From Candidatus Acidiferrales bacterium (GTDB lineage: Bacteria; Acidobacteriota; Terriglobia; Acidiferrales; UBA7541), in contig DATEHV010000008.1 of NCBI GenBank assembly GCA_035279445.1, forward strand, positions 6,525 through 70,524: DNA of 64,000 nucleotides, in the 5' to 3' direction. Of this stretch, positions 62,451 to 64,000 are shown one piece after another. The notes beneath the pieces were generated by a model. That model worked only from the letters and a program-made list of their open reading frames with translations, did not search any database and was not told the DNA's origin. The translations under genes and the position numbers were made by a program. Each line of letters begins with the position of its first letter. The stretch's first letter is position 1.

Positions 62451-64000
62451 ATGGCGACGGCGAAGCGCACAGGATTCCCTCCCATTTTGTGCCTGGCGAT
62501 GCTGTTTTTTGTGCAGAACTACGGCTGCCTGAGCTGCTCGGGAATTCCGTCGAACTTCAACTCGGTGGTGCTGTCTGCGAGCGCACGTCAGATCGGCCCG
62601 AACGGCGTGGTCACCATCACGGCGACGGTCCCGAAAGACACGACCGGCGCGGGCGTGACGTGGACCTCCAATGCGCCGCCAAACCCGGGGACATTTACGC
62701 CAACGAGCGTTACCCAGTCGAGCTATACGGCTCCGTCGTCTGTCGCAAGCCAGTTCACGGTGACGATTACGGCCACTACATTGAGCGCATCAATTACTCC
62801 GCCTGAGGTGGCGTCGATAACGATCACCGTTACGCCGCCGCAGCCGTTGAGCATCACGACGACGACGCTGCCGAGCGGCATCGTCGGTAAGGCGTATCCC
62901 GCTGGGACGCAGCTGCAGGCCACCGGCGGTGTGACGCCTTACACATGGGCGCTCACTGCAACTTCGAGCCCGCTTCCCGCCGGCCTGACGCTCGCTGCGG
63001 ATGGAACCATCACCGGCACGCCGACCGCCAGCGGGACTTTCAACTTCAACGTCCAGGTCACGGACAGCGACACACCGCCCGTGGTCAAGACGGCGCCGCT
63101 GACCATCAAGGTCACCGACCTGCTGACCGGAAAATACGCGTTTGAATTCAGCGGATTCAAGGCCAACGGCACCGTGGTGGTTGCAGGCAGCTTTACATCG
63201 GACGGACTCGGAAACATCACGGCGGGCGTCGAGGATTTGAATTCGATCACGGGGCCGCCCACGAGCGGGACTCTGGAAACCTTTACGGGCACCTACACGC
63301 TCGGCGCCGACAACCGCGGCACGCTGACATTCATTACGAACAAATCGGGGACGCTAGTTTACGCGTTTGCGCTGGATGCCACGGGCGTCCATGGACGCAT
63401 GGTCGAATTCGACACGACGTCCGGGATACGCGGATCGGGCGAGCTCGCGCAGCAGACCACCTCGACCTGCGGTGCGAACACGCTTTCCGGGAGCAGCGGA
63501 ACCGGCTTTGCCATCGAAGTCCTGGGCGCAGCCGGAAGTTTTCCGGGAGTGTCGCCGGGCGCGGTGGCGTTTGCGGGGCGGTTCACTGCCGAAGTGCCGC
63601 CGAGTTCGGGCAGTATAGGAACGATCGACAACGGAGAGATCGACGCGAACGTCCCGAATGGGACGGCCATCAACCCACTGACGCTCTCGGGCACGTTCCA
63701 GACGACCGCCCAGACCGCACGGTGCACGATGAGCGTTTCTCCTTCGACGCTTGCGAGCGAAACGTTCAGCGTCTATCCGATTTCGTCCACGGCGGGATTG
63801 CTCACGGAGGCATTCGTGGTCGAGACCGACACGGTGAGCGCGGGCACTCCTTACATCACGGCCGGCAAACTGATTCAGCAAGTCGGGTTCCCCTTTACCG
63901 TGCCGAGTAACCTCTTTACGGCAACCAGCGTCGCGGGCCTATCCGGCAACGCAATTCCAAACGGCGGCGCGGCCTACCAGCCGTTCGCGGGCATCGCGGA
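62451..64000 (+). CDS. Large secreted/surface protein with Ig-like (putative Ig / Big-type) repeats; 3' partial
   Basis: ATG at 62451 after AAGGGGTGG. Signal-like ILCLAMLFFVQNYGCLSCSG. Repeats of the type LSITTTTLPSGIVGKAYPAGTQLQATGGVTPYTWAL...LPAGLTLAADGTITGTPTASGTFNFNVQVTDS. The frame stays open to the window end. Not listed in the ORF track because no stop is reached. Confidence 0.78.
   Translation, partial: MATAKRTGFPPILCLAMLFFVQNYGCLSCSGIPSNFNSVVLSASARQIGPNGVVTITATVPKDTTGAGVTWTSNAPPNPGTFTPTSVTQSSYTAPSSVASQFTVTITATTLSASITPPEVASITITVTPPQPLSITTTTLPSGIVGKAYPAGTQLQATGGVTPYTWALTATSSPLPAGLTLAADGTITGTPTASGTFNFNVQVTDSDTPPVVKTAPLTIKVTDLLTGKYAFEFSGFKANGTVVVAGSFTSDGLGNITAGVEDLNSITGPPTSGTLETFTGTYTLGADNRGTLTFITNKSGTLVYAFALDATGVHGRMVEFDTTSGIRGSGELAQQTTSTCGANTLSGSSGTGFAIEVLGAAGSFPGVSPGAVAFAGRFTAEVPPSSGSIGTIDNGEIDANVPNGTAINPLTLSGTFQTTAQTARCTMSVSPSTLASETFSVYPISSTAGLLTEAFVVETDTVSAGTPYITAGKLIQQVGFPFTVPSNLFTATSVAGLSGNAIPNGGAAYQPFAGIA

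Overview
High-GC bacterial chromosomal segment. I saw no rRNA, tRNA or CRISPR array by eye. Gene content fits Acidobacteriota best; this is an inference from an acidobacterial-type VWFA protein, many sigma-54 activators, and PilZ, TPR and Ig-like secreted proteins. About 65 CDSs are supportable, and most long antisense ORFs in the track are high-GC shadow ORFs. Left part: housekeeping genes (rlmN, pgeF, acpS, mtaB-like), then a sigma-54 / c-di-GMP regulatory island. That island holds a LuxR regulator with a degenerate receiver, a receiver-less EBP, a PilZ gene, an NtrC-type RR with a PAS histidine kinase, a second PilZ gene, and a GGDEF-PilZ fusion. A polyphosphate island follows directly: CHAD, sixA, ppx and two translationally coupled thymidylate-kinase-like genes, with ppk2 about 3 kb further on. 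Middle part: ruvX-mltG, two coupled unknown ORFs plus a ~960-aa HEAT/Gly-rich/PilZ protein, a Cys-rich zinc-ribbon gene, queF, a secreted coiled-coil/VWFA/aspartyl-protease-PDZ set, a LonC-like protease, an AI-2E permease, two c-type cytochromes, a TPR protein, comM, an orphan RsbW/RsbV pair and csp. Right part: yceD-rpmF-plsX-fabD-[REP inverted pair + RayT-like transposase with an in-frame TGA]-fabG-map-acpP-fabF-etfBA. Then come an FHA/PP2C/Ser-Thr-kinase(SPOR) module, ugd/uxs, a 1.6-kb non-coding island and the 5' part of a large Ig-like surface protein. The island is packed with a repeated ~45-bp element, two different hexanucleotide microsatellites and strong hairpins. The three leads I rate highest are the repeat island (60820-62450), the ppx-linked pair of divergent Tmk-like genes (one with a P-loop Lys-to-Arg change), and the PilZ-rich sigma-54 signalling island. 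All family calls come from motif recognition by eye, not from database searches.
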